From the NCBI GenBank assembly GCA_964344415.1, contig CAYFMS010000001.1, positions 186,620-250,619 of the forward strand: DNA of 64,000 nucleotides, in the 5' to 3' direction. The position numbers and the translations under genes were made by a program. Positions 8,600-18,038 of this stretch are shown here, piece after piece. The stretch's first letter is position 1; the number at the start of each line of letters is the position of its first letter. The stretch is from an uncultured Gammaproteobacteria bacterium (GTDB lineage: Bacteria; Patescibacteriota; Patescibacteriia; UBA9934). Below the pieces are notes generated by a model. It was not told the DNA's origin. It ran no database searches and saw only the letters and a list, made by a program, of their open reading frames with translations.

Positions 8600-10915
8600 T
8601 TACCGCCTTGCTGACCCCGCTTCTTCGATGTCCGTAAGATTTACAGAAAGTAGATTAGAAACGCCATCATCGCCCATCGTGACGCCATAAAGCAAGTCAG
8701 CGCGCTCCATTGTTGCGCGGTTATGTGTAATAACAATGAATTGTGTCAGTTTTTGAAGCTCTTCCAATATATTTGCAAATCGAACGGTATTTGCTTCGTC
8801 AAGTGCCGCGTCGACCTCGTCTAAAATCACGAAAGGCGAAGGATTGGTAGCCATAATTGCCGAAAGAAGTGCAATAGAAGTAAGGGCGCGCTCTCCACCA
8901 GACAACAAATTCAGTGATTTTAATTTTTTTCCAGGAGGTGTTGCTTGAATTTCAATGCCGGCAATATGTTCTCGGCGCTTTTTGAAGCGTTTCAAAGCAG
9001 CGGCGGCAATGGAATCATTTTCTATTTCTTGAACTTCCTGGTCGGCGAGGCTTTCGAGGGCTCGATCAAGAGCTACTTTTTGCTCCTGATCTCCATCTGA
9101 TTTCTTCAGCTTAATCAATGAACAGCTCCCGCCGCCAAAAAGTACCTTGAAGTACTTTTGAAATTCTTCATTAATTTTTTTAAATGCTTTCTCACCATCC
9201 TTTTGAATACGTGTGTCGAGTTCATCGATGACTTTTTCTGTACTTGAGATGGCTTGCTGCAAATCTGTCATTTGAGTACTTAAAAATTCAAATCGTTCTT
9301 TTGTTTCATGGAAGTCACCAATCGTTTCTTCGTCTATACCCCCGATGAGTTCAAGCTTTCGATGCAATCGATGCATTGTTTCGCGCGTCTGTTCGGCATT
9401 TTTCAGCGGCTGCTCTGGCCTTTGCTTCTTTATTTCATCGAGAAGCTTCGGATTATCTTCGCGCACTTCACGTTCAATACCTTCAAGTTTAGTTTCGAGT
9501 CGAGCCGATTCAATTTTGTGTTGCGATTCGGTTTGCTCAAGCGCATGTAAATCATTCTGAATCTTACGCAGAGAACGTTGTAAATCAAAAAATGCTGATT
9601 TGTCTTGAGAATCTTTTTGCTTGGAAGCCTTGTCTATTTCTTTTTCGGCAGCGGAAATATTTTTTTGTATGCTAGCAACTTCTTTCTTTGCATCATCGAT
9701 TGATTTGATGGCTGCAGGGTCTGCTTTGAAATCTTCAGGATTTGGTTTGGTGAGTCGTGTTTTTAGCTTCTTTGATTTTGAAAATGTTTTTTCAATGTCA
9801 TCGGCAATTGCATGAACATCCTCCATCTGTTTTGCGCTGCGTAAACGTGCAACATGCGATTCGTGCTCACCATGCAGTGCTTCGAGCTCACCAATGATTT
9901 CAGTGAGGGGCAGGGGTGCCCAATTTGATTGTGCGCGAACGCGGTCTAATTCGAGTGTACGCTCTGCATCGAATTGCTTTTGCTTTGCTTTTGAAAGTTG
10001 CTGCTGCAAGTCGCGATAATACTTTTGGGCCTTGATAAGTTCTTCATTTTCGCCCGATTTATTTTCTTTATATTGTCGCTCGAGTTCTGACAGTTCTTCA
10101 TCACCTTTTTTTAGCTCTGTCTTCTTTTCTTGAATCTGCTTAGCTATGTCACTCCGCAGATTTTGAGATTTCTGCAAGCCTTCGCTCAGCTGCCACCACA
10201 TATTTCCAAAATAGAGGCTTTGAATTTCACGAAGCTCAGATTCAACTTTCTCACGCTCTTCAAGCCGCTTTACTTGGCGTTTTAGAATTCGAAGACGCGG
10301 TTCGATTTCCGCAACGAGCATTTCAATTTCAACAAGATGCTCCGTTGACCGCTTTAATCGATTCATGGCTTGATGACGTTTCAATTGCAGTCCGCGCACG
10401 CCGGTTGCATCGTCGAAGAAAATTTTCCGCTCCTCTGGGGATGCTGTCAAAACATGATCGATCATTCCTTGGCCGATAACCGTATAGCTGCGCTGCCCAA
10501 TTCCCGCCTCGGCAAGAAGGAGCTGAATGTCAGTGAGTCGAACTTTCTTCCCATTCAATTCATAATCAGATTCACCATCGCGATGCAATCTTCTTGTTAT
10601 GGCAACTTCTTTATAATCAACACCAAGCGCGCCATCTTCATTATTGATGCTTAACTTCACTTCAGCGAACCCGCTTCTGCCATGGCCTTTGGACCCTGAA
10701 AAGATAATGTCCTGCGTTTTTTTTCCGCGGAGCTGTTTCATGGATTGCTCACCAAGACACCAGCGGATAGCATCAGCTAGGTTTGATTTTCCAGAACCAT
10801 TTGGCCCAACGATAACGGACAATGTATTTTTTTCATTACTTCCTTTCGGAAAGGGAATGGTTGTTTTTTTAGCGAAGGTTTTAAACCCCTGAATTTCAAT
10901 CGACGACAAGTACAT
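8600..10915 (-). CDS. SMC-like chromosome-segregation ATPase (771 aa; no recognisable hinge domain)
   Basis: N-terminus IEIQGFKTFAKKTTIPFPKG...IVGPNGSGKSNLADAIRWCLGEQSMKQLRG matches the SMC head; C-terminus carries the LSGGERALTSIALL signature and Walker B VILDEVDAALD; the middle is continuous charged coiled-coil. Confidence 0.8.
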   Translation of the reverse strand: MYLSSIEIQGFKTFAKKTTIPFPKGSNEKNTLSVIVGPNGSGKSNLADAIRWCLGEQSMKQLRGKKTQDIIFSGSKGHGRSGFAEVKLSINNEDGALGVDYKEVAITRRLHRDGESDYELNGKKVRLTDIQLLLAEAGIGQRSYTVIGQGMIDHVLTASPEERKIFFDDATGVRGLQLKRHQAMNRLKRSTEHLVEIEMLVAEIEPRLRILKRQVKRLEEREKVESELREIQSLYFGNMWWQLSEGLQKSQNLRSDIAKQIQEKKTELKKGDEELSELERQYKENKSGENEELIKAQKYYRDLQQQLSKAKQKQFDAERTLELDRVRAQSNWAPLPLTEIIGELEALHGEHESHVARLRSAKQMEDVHAIADDIEKTFSKSKKLKTRLTKPNPEDFKADPAAIKSIDDAKKEVASIQKNISAAEKEIDKASKQKDSQDKSAFFDLQRSLRKIQNDLHALEQTESQHKIESARLETKLEGIEREVREDNPKLLDEIKKQRPEQPLKNAEQTRETMHRLHRKLELIGGIDEETIGDFHETKERFEFLSTQMTDLQQAISSTEKVIDELDTRIQKDGEKAFKKINEEFQKYFKVLFGGGSCSLIKLKKSDGDQEQKVALDRALESLADQEVQEIENDSIAAAALKRFKKRREHIAGIEIQATPPGKKLKSLNLLSGGERALTSIALLSAIMATNPSPFVILDEVDAALDEANTVRFANILEELQKLTQFIVITHNRATMERADLLYGVTMGDDGVSNLLSVNLTDIEEAGSARR

Positions 10916-11009
10916 AATACGAATATTATAACGTAGTTTACACGCGAGAGGTAAATCGTATAGGTATACGGTTGACAGAAAGCGATTCTCATTTTATCCT
11001 GTCTCACTT

Positions 11010-11981
11010 ATGAGTCAGATCATATACCGCCAGATAAAGCAGCATATTGATTCAGCGGAGTCAGTGATTATTATTACTGATCGAGGGATTGACGGGGACA
11101 CTATTGGGTCTTGTCTTGGGCTTTTTCATATTTTGAAAGATTTAGGAAAAGAAGTTGCCGTGTACTCACCAAAGGATTTGCTTGAATCGCTTGAATTTCT
11201 TCCCGGAAAAGAAGTGATAAGGCGAAATATCTCTTCGATCGCTGGCATCGATGCGGATCTTGTCTTTACGCTTGATTGTTCAGACCATATTTATGCGGAT
11301 AAAGTCCGTCGAAAGCTCAAGGCAAAAAATGTTCCCTTGATTGTGATCGATCATCATGAATCGAATCGAAGGTATGGAGACATTAATTTAATTGAAGATC
11401 ATGCAGCCTCGACGGGAGATGTGCTGTGGCGATTCATTAAATGGGCTGATTTTCCTGTATCGCGTCATGCAGCTCAATGTATTTTGACAGCCATTTGTAC
11501 CGACACGCGATTCTTTATCAATACAAATACGACAATAGAGGCATTTGATTCTGCGCGTGAATTAACACATCTTGGTGCGAAGCTGTCTGAGATTGTACGT
11601 CATACGATGATGAATAAAGATGTGAAGACACTCAAATTATGGGGGCTCGCTTTTGAAAGGCTTCATCAAAATGATGAACACGATATTCTTACGACGGTGA
11701 TCACGGATAGAGATCTTAAGCGAATTAATGCATCAGACCCAGATATTAAAGCCATGAAAGATTATTTGAATGTGGTTCTTGAGGGGCATGATGGCTTAAT
11801 GGTGCTCGAGCAGAAGGGGAATGATATAAAGGGCGGTTTACGTTCGCATAAGAGAAATATTTTATCGATTGCGAAAAAATATGGAGGGGGAGGACATGCT
11901 CAATCGGCAGGTTTTCTGATTCAGAATGCCTTTTTGGAAGAAAGAAATGGTTCTTGGCGTATAGTTGAGAGTAAGAATTAA
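11010..11981 (+). CDS. DHH/DHHA1 family phosphoesterase (NrnA-like oligoribonuclease / pAp phosphatase)
   Basis: The IVIDHHESN (DHH) and GGGHAQSAGF (DHHA1 GGGH) motifs. Confidence 0.75.
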   Translation: MSQIIYRQIKQHIDSAESVIIITDRGIDGDTIGSCLGLFHILKDLGKEVAVYSPKDLLESLEFLPGKEVIRRNISSIAGIDADLVFTLDCSDHIYADKVRRKLKAKNVPLIVIDHHESNRRYGDINLIEDHAASTGDVLWRFIKWADFPVSRHAAQCILTAICTDTRFFINTNTTIEAFDSARELTHLGAKLSEIVRHTMMNKDVKTLKLWGLAFERLHQNDEHDILTTVITDRDLKRINASDPDIKAMKDYLNVVLEGHDGLMVLEQKGNDIKGGLRSHKRNILSIAKKYGGGGHAQSAGFLIQNAFLEERNGSWRIVESKN

Positions 11982-12046
11982 TTGACGATTAGCACTCTCT
12001 GCGATAGACTGCTAATTAAGACAGAGGAATATTAATACGAATATTT

Positions 12047-12655
12047 ATGAACGATATTGTTCCAGAGATTACATCTCAAACACTTATTCCGACCGTGATT
12101 GAGAAAACACATCATGGGGAGCGGGCTTATGACATTTATTCTCGCCTATTAAAAGATAGAATTATTTTTCTCGGGCAGGCTATTGATGACACAATCGCAA
12201 ATGCCGTGATTGCGCAATTACTTTTCCTTGCGAGTCAAGACACGGAAAAAGACATAAAGCTCTACATTAATTCTCCGGGCGGATCTGTGACGGCTGGGCT
12301 CGCTATTTATGACACGATGCAATACATTAAGCCGGATGTTTCGACTATTTGTGTTGGTATGGCGGCATCAATGGGAGCGGTGCTGCTTGCTGCGGGTGCT
12401 GAAGGAAAGCGTTTTGCACTGCCAAATTCAGAAATCATGATTCATCAAGTACTTGGTGGAGCGCAAGGACAGGCGACGGACATTAAAATTCACGCCGACC
12501 GCATTATGAAGATTAAAGAGTCGCTCAATAAGATTCTTTCAAAGCATACGGGCCAACCTCTCAAGAAAGTAACGGATGATACGGAACGTGATTACTTCAT
12601 GGAAGCCAAAGATGCGCATAAATATGGCCTGATCGATAAGGTTATTCGCGCATAG
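12047..12655 (+). CDS. clpP: ATP-dependent Clp protease proteolytic subunit
   Basis: [19 protein letters not shown]...[42 protein letters not shown]...IMIHQ; canonical ClpP. Confidence 0.9.
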   Translation: MNDIVPEITSQTLIPTVIEKTHHGERAYDIYSRLLKDRIIFLGQAIDDTIANAVIAQLLFLASQDTEKDIKLYINSPGGSVTAGLAIYDTMQYIKPDVSTICVGMAASMGAVLLAAGAEGKRFALPNSEIMIHQVLGGAQGQATDIKIHADRIMKIKESLNKILSKHTGQPLKKVTDDTERDYFMEAKDAHKYGLIDKVIRA

Positions 12656-12829
12656 CACTTGACGGATTTGTTTTTTAGTGGTACTTTTAGCCCTTCCTTG
12701 CTCTGCAGGGATCTGCAGCCACGACAAGCATGGGGATATATCAGCTGTTCACTCCGGCTTCGGCTTGACTGGTACCGTAGATATATCTTCTTGGCTGCAG
12801 TTCCTTGTGGGGCATCCGCTTGTCTATTG

Positions 12830-12932
12830 GCGATCTTTGTTTTCAGTTCTCTGGTCCTCGACACCGTACCTTTCAGTACGGCTTACTCCGGTCCTCGAAC
12901 TTCAAACAAATATCATCCAATATCCTTCGCGG
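12830..12932 (+). repeat. dispersed intergenic repeat, core unit (copy Y)
   Basis: About 90% identical by eye to 62742-62843; contains the hairpin CACCGTACCTTTCAGTACGG. Confidence 0.6.
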
Positions 12933-13027
12933 AGTATCATCAAATTTGAAATTAGGAAAACTCAAACGATAGAGTGAGAGAATAGAAAGAATAGAGTCAC
13001 TCAGATCGAAAATGAGTTCAAAATGAA

Positions 13028-13057
13028 ACTCCACAGCCGTTAGGCCGTGGAGTTTCA
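13028..13057. terminator. hairpin terminator between convergent clpP and 13063-13902
   Basis: CTCCACAGCC-GTTA-GGCCGTGGAG followed by TTTCATATTTTC; an almost identical hairpin sits at 14138-14168. Confidence 0.5.
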
Positions 13058-13062
13058 TATTT

Positions 13063-13902
13063 TCATAATTGATCTGCAGGATTTTTTGCATCTTTGAATA
13101 CCTCCCTTGCTTTAGCCTCCCAAGTATTTGCCTCCTCTTCAAAGCCTAGTGCACGCATTTGCTTAATGGCACCCTCTACCCGGTTTTTAGTATCCAATAT
13201 AATATTCGTAGAGGAGTTATCCAATCTACCCGGTTCATCCATAAACATCATGCTCTCAAGATGAGCATCGAACATATTTTTAACATTATAATCACCCTCC
13301 TCAATCATCTTAATTACATCGGGAGATATAGCCCCTTCTGTTCTAGTAAATAAACCACGAAAAGGGTTGTCCTTGTTTTGATCCCATTTTGAAAATATTA
13401 GACCATTAATTTTCATGTCTCCTTTAATAGCTCCTGACTCTATAGCATTTTGAATAGAAAGAAATGCATTTTCACTTTTAGTATACCCAAGATGAGAAGC
13501 GAAATTTGCTTCACTTAACTCTATTTGATGATCACTAACTTTTTCTAGCAATTTACGTGCTACCTCCTTGCCGAGCAACGCTATCTTCAGAGCCATATCA
13601 AAACGCGGCGTTTTGAAGCCATCGACCACATTTGCATCAGGTAATTCGCTGGCAATATTTTCGATTTCTTCCACAGCTTTTTCTTGCTTCCTCTTAATAT
13701 TATCCGCATTCTTCCTCTCTTCATAACTGTCAGACAAAATACTCTTTGCCTCTTCAACAGAAAGGTTTTTTATACGCTCTAAACTCTTCTGATGCTCATC
13801 ATAGAGCTCCTTTTCTCTAACGCTAAATTTGTCAAATATACCAACACCCTCTTCTCCTTTTTCCTCTTTCATTTCTGGCCGATGTCTACTTTCAATTCGC
13901 AT
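13063..13902 (-). CDS. hypothetical protein (279 aa, charged, no family recognised)
   Basis: Long ORF bracketed by two near-identical CCACGGCC...GGCCGTGG hairpins. Confidence 0.5.
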   Translation of the reverse strand: MRIESRHRPEMKEEKGEEGVGIFDKFSVREKELYDEHQKSLERIKNLSVEEAKSILSDSYEERKNADNIKRKQEKAVEEIENIASELPDANVVDGFKTPRFDMALKIALLGKEVARKLLEKVSDHQIELSEANFASHLGYTKSENAFLSIQNAIESGAIKGDMKINGLIFSKWDQNKDNPFRGLFTRTEGAISPDVIKMIEEGDYNVKNMFDAHLESMMFMDEPGRLDNSSTNIILDTKNRVEGAIKQMRALGFEEEANTWEAKAREVFKDAKNPADQL

Positions 13903-14137
13903 AGTTATATATTATTTTTTTCAGTTTATCAGAGATTGACAGAACAGTTACTACATATCCACATTACATATATATGGCAAAACTGTGCTTAGGTCATTTT
14001 CTGTGACATATATCTGTGATTCGTTTGCTACCAAATCACGTACTACTACGCATCCGAAACCTATAAACAAATCATAGCTACTCCAACAATTTTACGCTCT
14101 TTAACAGAGTGATAGATAAATGCTAGATCTCCTTATG

Positions 14138-14168
14138 AAACTCCACGGCCTGACGGCCGTGGTTTTGT
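14138..14168 (-). terminator. hairpin terminator after the VanW-like gene
   Basis: CCACGGCC-TGAC-GGCCGTGG followed by TTTTG. Confidence 0.5.
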
Positions 14169-14200
14169 TGGGAAAAAGAACGCCCGCGGGCGTTCTTTTG

Positions 14201-16075
14201 CTATTCAATGACATCTTCTTCCTCCGGTGCATCTGGATCAATACCGACGAGGCAGATTCGGGGGAGGGATCGATAATATGATGTAAAATTCTGCTCATGC
14301 GTTTCACCATCGGCATACTCGACGATATAGTCAAAGCTTGTTGTTGCTCCTGAATATGGTGCTTGGCATTTTGTTTTCCCTGGAGGTAAATCTTCTGTGT
14401 CTTTATAAACAGTTTCTCCATAACCCTTCCAAGAAAGCACTTGCGGTGGTGTGTAATAACCATTGCGCCCATCACTTGTCCCCCAGAATGTATAGGTAAG
14501 TGTCCTCGTGTCGACATCAACATGCGTTGTCATCAAGACATGATTTTCGGTGTCATTACTGATGACGAGATCGACGACAGTATTATCATTCCCGGTGTCA
14601 TAAAGCGTCGCATCAGTTCCCGGATTTCCATTTTGCGGGTCATCATAATAACTTACAACAAGAGAATGATTGCGGCGCTCTTCAATGGTGAGGCCTGAAT
14701 TCATAGCTGCACGGAATGTTGTTGTCCCAAGTTGGCAAAGGCCGCCACCAATTTCGGGTTTAATTTCATCTCCCAAAATGGCATAGCCAAGCTTATACCC
14801 ATCTTCAAGGGTGAATGGACGTAAATGCTTAACAAGCCCCGTCGATTCTCCGGGAGGAATAAGTAATCCATCCAATTTTTCAGACCCATGAAGGATATTT
14901 TGAATACGATTCCAGTCTGACCCTGAAAAATCAGATGTACCAACACCGATGATCTCAACAATGCCCAGATCATTTACATCGGCCGTCAAAATATCTGGCT
15001 CTACTACATTCACGGATATGGCAATATCTGAATCCTCATTTCGTATCGCATCCGTTAATAACGTGACGGTAGCTTCAGCATCGAATTCAATACCTGACTG
15101 ACTTCCAACAAATTCTTGCACCTTTCCATCAATAATTTCAAAACGTGCATCAATAGGGTCGATATTTATTTCCTCGCTAATGCTGCTCAGAAAATCATCC
15201 ATTGCGACTTGATCAAGTACTAACCCGTCATGCCCGGGCATTATCCAAGCGGCCAAATCTTCTTCAGATATCTCCCATTCTTTTTCTGCTCCTACTTCTG
15301 ACGTATATGTTAGGACGAGGGGAGTATGATCCAAGGCATGCAAAGCATCGGGTTTTAATTCTGTTGCCTGAGCTGTTGTGACAAGATAATCATCGATGAT
15401 CAATTTGAGAATATATTGGTTGAGACTCAGATCTTGAATATCATTTCTTATTTGGGCGAATACTAAATCGGTGTCTATGGTTTTACCGGCAATTCCGGGT
15501 ATAACTTCAATCGTCCATTCACCATCATCATGTATGAAATGATAATTCGTTTCCTGCTTCTCCATTTGCATTTCAGCGAATTCGGCATCAAGTGCATTAA
15601 TGATTTGATCTTCAAGAATCTCAACGGGGATATGAATCGTCGTAGGAATAAAAATTGATTTCATTCCAGCAAGAATTTCTCCAATTTCTGTTCTCTGATG
15701 TCCGCTATTGAAGGCCTCCTGTGCCAATGCTTCCGTCTCGACATTAATCAACTGATAATTAAGGTCCGGATCGGTATCCCCAGTCACTTGCAAATCCACC
15801 GTATATGTTTGTCCATTTAATTCAACATGCATTCCTTGGTCCAGCATGCGTTCATAAGATGCTTGAATGCGATTCAGTGCTTGCTCTTGCGTAAGTCCAC
15901 TAACGGGGATATCGCCGATGTATGTATTGGGATAAATGCGATCTTCATATTGCAGAGCATAATAAAATGCGCCTGCAGAGGCGGCGGCACCGAGCCCAAC
16001 GAGGCCCGCAATAATAAAAAGGGTTCTTCTCGCGAAAGAAGAGATAGCGTCTTTATTCATATGACCGAGATTCAA
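14201..16075 (-). CDS. VanW family protein (N-terminal membrane anchor, large extracellular domain)
   Basis: C-terminal block GGGLCQLGTTTFRAAMNSGLTIEERRNHS is characteristic of the VanW domain; N-terminal TM helix. Confidence 0.75.
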   Translation of the reverse strand: MNLGHMNKDAISSFARRTLFIIAGLVGLGAAASAGAFYYALQYEDRIYPNTYIGDIPVSGLTQEQALNRIQASYERMLDQGMHVELNGQTYTVDLQVTGDTDPDLNYQLINVETEALAQEAFNSGHQRTEIGEILAGMKSIFIPTTIHIPVEILEDQIINALDAEFAEMQMEKQETNYHFIHDDGEWTIEVIPGIAGKTIDTDLVFAQIRNDIQDLSLNQYILKLIIDDYLVTTAQATELKPDALHALDHTPLVLTYTSEVGAEKEWEISEEDLAAWIMPGHDGLVLDQVAMDDFLSSISEEINIDPIDARFEIIDGKVQEFVGSQSGIEFDAEATVTLLTDAIRNEDSDIAISVNVVEPDILTADVNDLGIVEIIGVGTSDFSGSDWNRIQNILHGSEKLDGLLIPPGESTGLVKHLRPFTLEDGYKLGYAILGDEIKPEIGGGLCQLGTTTFRAAMNSGLTIEERRNHSLVVSYYDDPQNGNPGTDATLYDTGNDNTVVDLVISNDTENHVLMTTHVDVDTRTLTYTFWGTSDGRNGYYTPPQVLSWKGYGETVYKDTEDLPPGKTKCQAPYSGATTSFDYIVEYADGETHEQNFTSYYRSLPRICLVGIDPDAPEEEDVIE

Positions 16076-16430
16076 TGTTCACGCGCATTTCATCATGTAC
16101 TTTCGGTATCGTCAATGTAAGAACTCCATGTTCAAATTCTGCTTTTGCATCTGATGGTTGAACATGGGCGGGCAGAATAACAGAGCGCGAGAATGCGCCC
16201 CAAAAACATTCACTATAATGTATGGTTGCGCTTCGATGCTTTTTCTTTTCGGTTCTTGATCCACGAATAGTGACAAGATCTGTTGTGACATTGATATCGA
16301 TATCTTCTGGCTTTACTCCTGCAATGGCACTTCTAATAATAATTTCATTTGGTGTCTCAATAACATCGACGGCAAGTTGACCCTCGTCATGCACTAATGC
16401 CGCGCCAAATTGTTCATCATGATTGTTCAT
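16053..16430 (-). CDS. Hsp20/alpha-crystallin family small heat-shock protein
   Basis: 125 aa; LAVDVIETPNEIIIRSAIAGV...AEFEHGVLTLTIPK fits the ACD fold pattern; overlaps the VanW start by 23 bp. Confidence 0.8.
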   Translation of the reverse strand: MNNHDEQFGAALVHDEGQLAVDVIETPNEIIIRSAIAGVKPEDIDINVTTDLVTIRGSRTEKKKHRSATIHYSECFWGAFSRSVILPAHVQPSDAKAEFEHGVLTLTIPKVHDEMRVNIESRSYE

Positions 16431-17107
16431 GAATCGATTTTTAATTTTCGGACATATTCATAGAGTGGGCCAAGAGCAAATCCAAGTGCAAATGCCCAAA
16501 GGAGCAAATCTGTTGGAATTCCGAAAAGAGTTGAGCTTGATTCAATAAAAAGTAATTGGCTCTGCTCGGCGGAAATACTATATGCCACGAATCCAATGAC
16601 TGTCATGACAATGCCCATCAGGAGGCTGCTGAGTAAACTATCAAAAAGAAGATTTTTTCGATGGGCAATCATATACATCCCTAGCGCAATTGCTGAAATG
16701 ATGACCGCGTCTATATTACGCAGGCCAAAGGCGATAATCAGGAAAACGGAAAGCCATACAAAGCCGAGTGCGAAGAGAAAGAATCGCATGATCCAAAGCT
16801 CGGATGCATGATGATCTCTCGTTTTTACTTTTACATTGTGATATTCCTTTCCAAGAACGGCATGGAAAAGCACGCCAGAAAGCCCGGCGGTTGTATAAGC
16901 AAAAAGCAAATCGAGTATGCTTAACTTTTGGACGAGTACGCCACTTGCCGATGCATTGATCGATAAGCTGAGCGGTAAAAGAAAGAGGGCAAGTAAACTC
17001 AAGATGAGCATTTCTCGCCTCATCATTTTGAATTGCCAAAAGATAAATAGCCATATTGTGCCGAGCAGGGCGACGGCGATTGTATCTGGATGCATAACCT
17101 CCACCAT
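16427..17107 (-). CDS. polytopic membrane protein (about 7 TM), function unknown
   Basis: Hydrophobic 226-aa ORF, coupled (ATGA) to the hsp20 gene. Confidence 0.5.
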   Translation of the reverse strand: MVEVMHPDTIAVALLGTIWLFIFWQFKMMRREMLILSLLALFLLPLSLSINASASGVLVQKLSILDLLFAYTTAGLSGVLFHAVLGKEYHNVKVKTRDHHASELWIMRFFLFALGFVWLSVFLIIAFGLRNIDAVIISAIALGMYMIAHRKNLLFDSLLSSLLMGIVMTVIGFVAYSISAEQSQLLFIESSSTLFGIPTDLLLWAFALGFALGPLYEYVRKLKIDS

Positions 17108-17173
17108 ATGTAGATATTATAGCGCAGTTTTCTGAATGGATGAAAAATGATTTTCCTGATAAAATAGTTCATT

Positions 17174-17689
17174 ATGGAAGTCATTGGTATTATTCGTGAC
17201 ATCATTCTTGGCGTGAAGACGGTGCTTCGGACAAAGCTTGGACTTTTTTGGTTCATTGGCCTGTCTCTTTTTATTTTTTGGTTACTCATCATGATTCCGG
17301 TTTGGACCACGCCGGGGAATGATTTTCTTTTTCAACTTAAGATTCTGACGAATGCACCAGCGCTATTTATTGTTGTTATTGTGCTATCAATTGTGAATGC
17401 ACTGCTCATTGCCATGCAGATCTATATCAAAAAAGCTGTTACAGAAAAGAGGAAAGGGGATCATTCTGAAGCAACCACCGCTTCAAGTGCTCTACTAAGT
17501 ATTCTCGCATCGCTTCTTGCATGCTCGGCCTGTTATTCGGCAGTTCTTGCTGTATTTGGACTTGGAACGACGGCATTTTTGGTGAAATGGCGTTTACCGA
17601 TTGCATTTGTAGCACTTGTGATAGCGGGGTATGCGATTTATAAAGCATCGAAGCGTATAAACGGAAATTGTACGGTGTGTAAGATTTGA
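17174..17689 (+). CDS. membrane protein with a C-terminal Cys cluster (ACSAC...NCTVC), function unknown
   Basis: 171-aa ORF with 4-5 hydrophobic helices. Confidence 0.45.
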   Translation: MEVIGIIRDIILGVKTVLRTKLGLFWFIGLSLFIFWLLIMIPVWTTPGNDFLFQLKILTNAPALFIVVIVLSIVNALLIAMQIYIKKAVTEKRKGDHSEATTASSALLSILASLLACSACYSAVLAVFGLGTTAFLVKWRLPIAFVALVIAGYAIYKASKRINGNCTVCKI

Positions 17690-17762
17690 GCAGGCTTGGC
17701 CCGTTTTTTTGGTTGTGTATTCTGACAAATTAAGTCAATATAGAAGTAAGATATGCATTTGA

Positions 17763-18038
17763 TTGACTCATATGACATTTGTCGCAGTAATCATTCTTAT
17801 TGTTGTTATATTGCTGGCGATGTTTCTCATCGCAGATTTCTTCGGTTTGCAAAAGCGCGACTTAATGCGTGATGTTTCAAATGTTTTCTTTCCTTCCGAT
17901 ATTAGAAAGCAAAAACAAATTGATCGTTCACATCGTCCAACCCGGCCATTCAATCGCAAATATAAAAAAAGCCCTAATCCTACGCTTGAACCTGAAAAAT
18001 TTAGGAAAGATGTGGGATATAGACGTAAATCAAGCTAA
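17763..18038 (+). CDS. small membrane-anchored protein (hypothetical)
   Basis: 91 aa with an N-terminal TM helix and basic tail; support is weak. Confidence 0.3.
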   Translation: MTHMTFVAVIILIVVILLAMFLIADFFGLQKRDLMRDVSNVFFPSDIRKQKQIDRSHRPTRPFNRKYKKSPNPTLEPEKFRKDVGYRRKSS

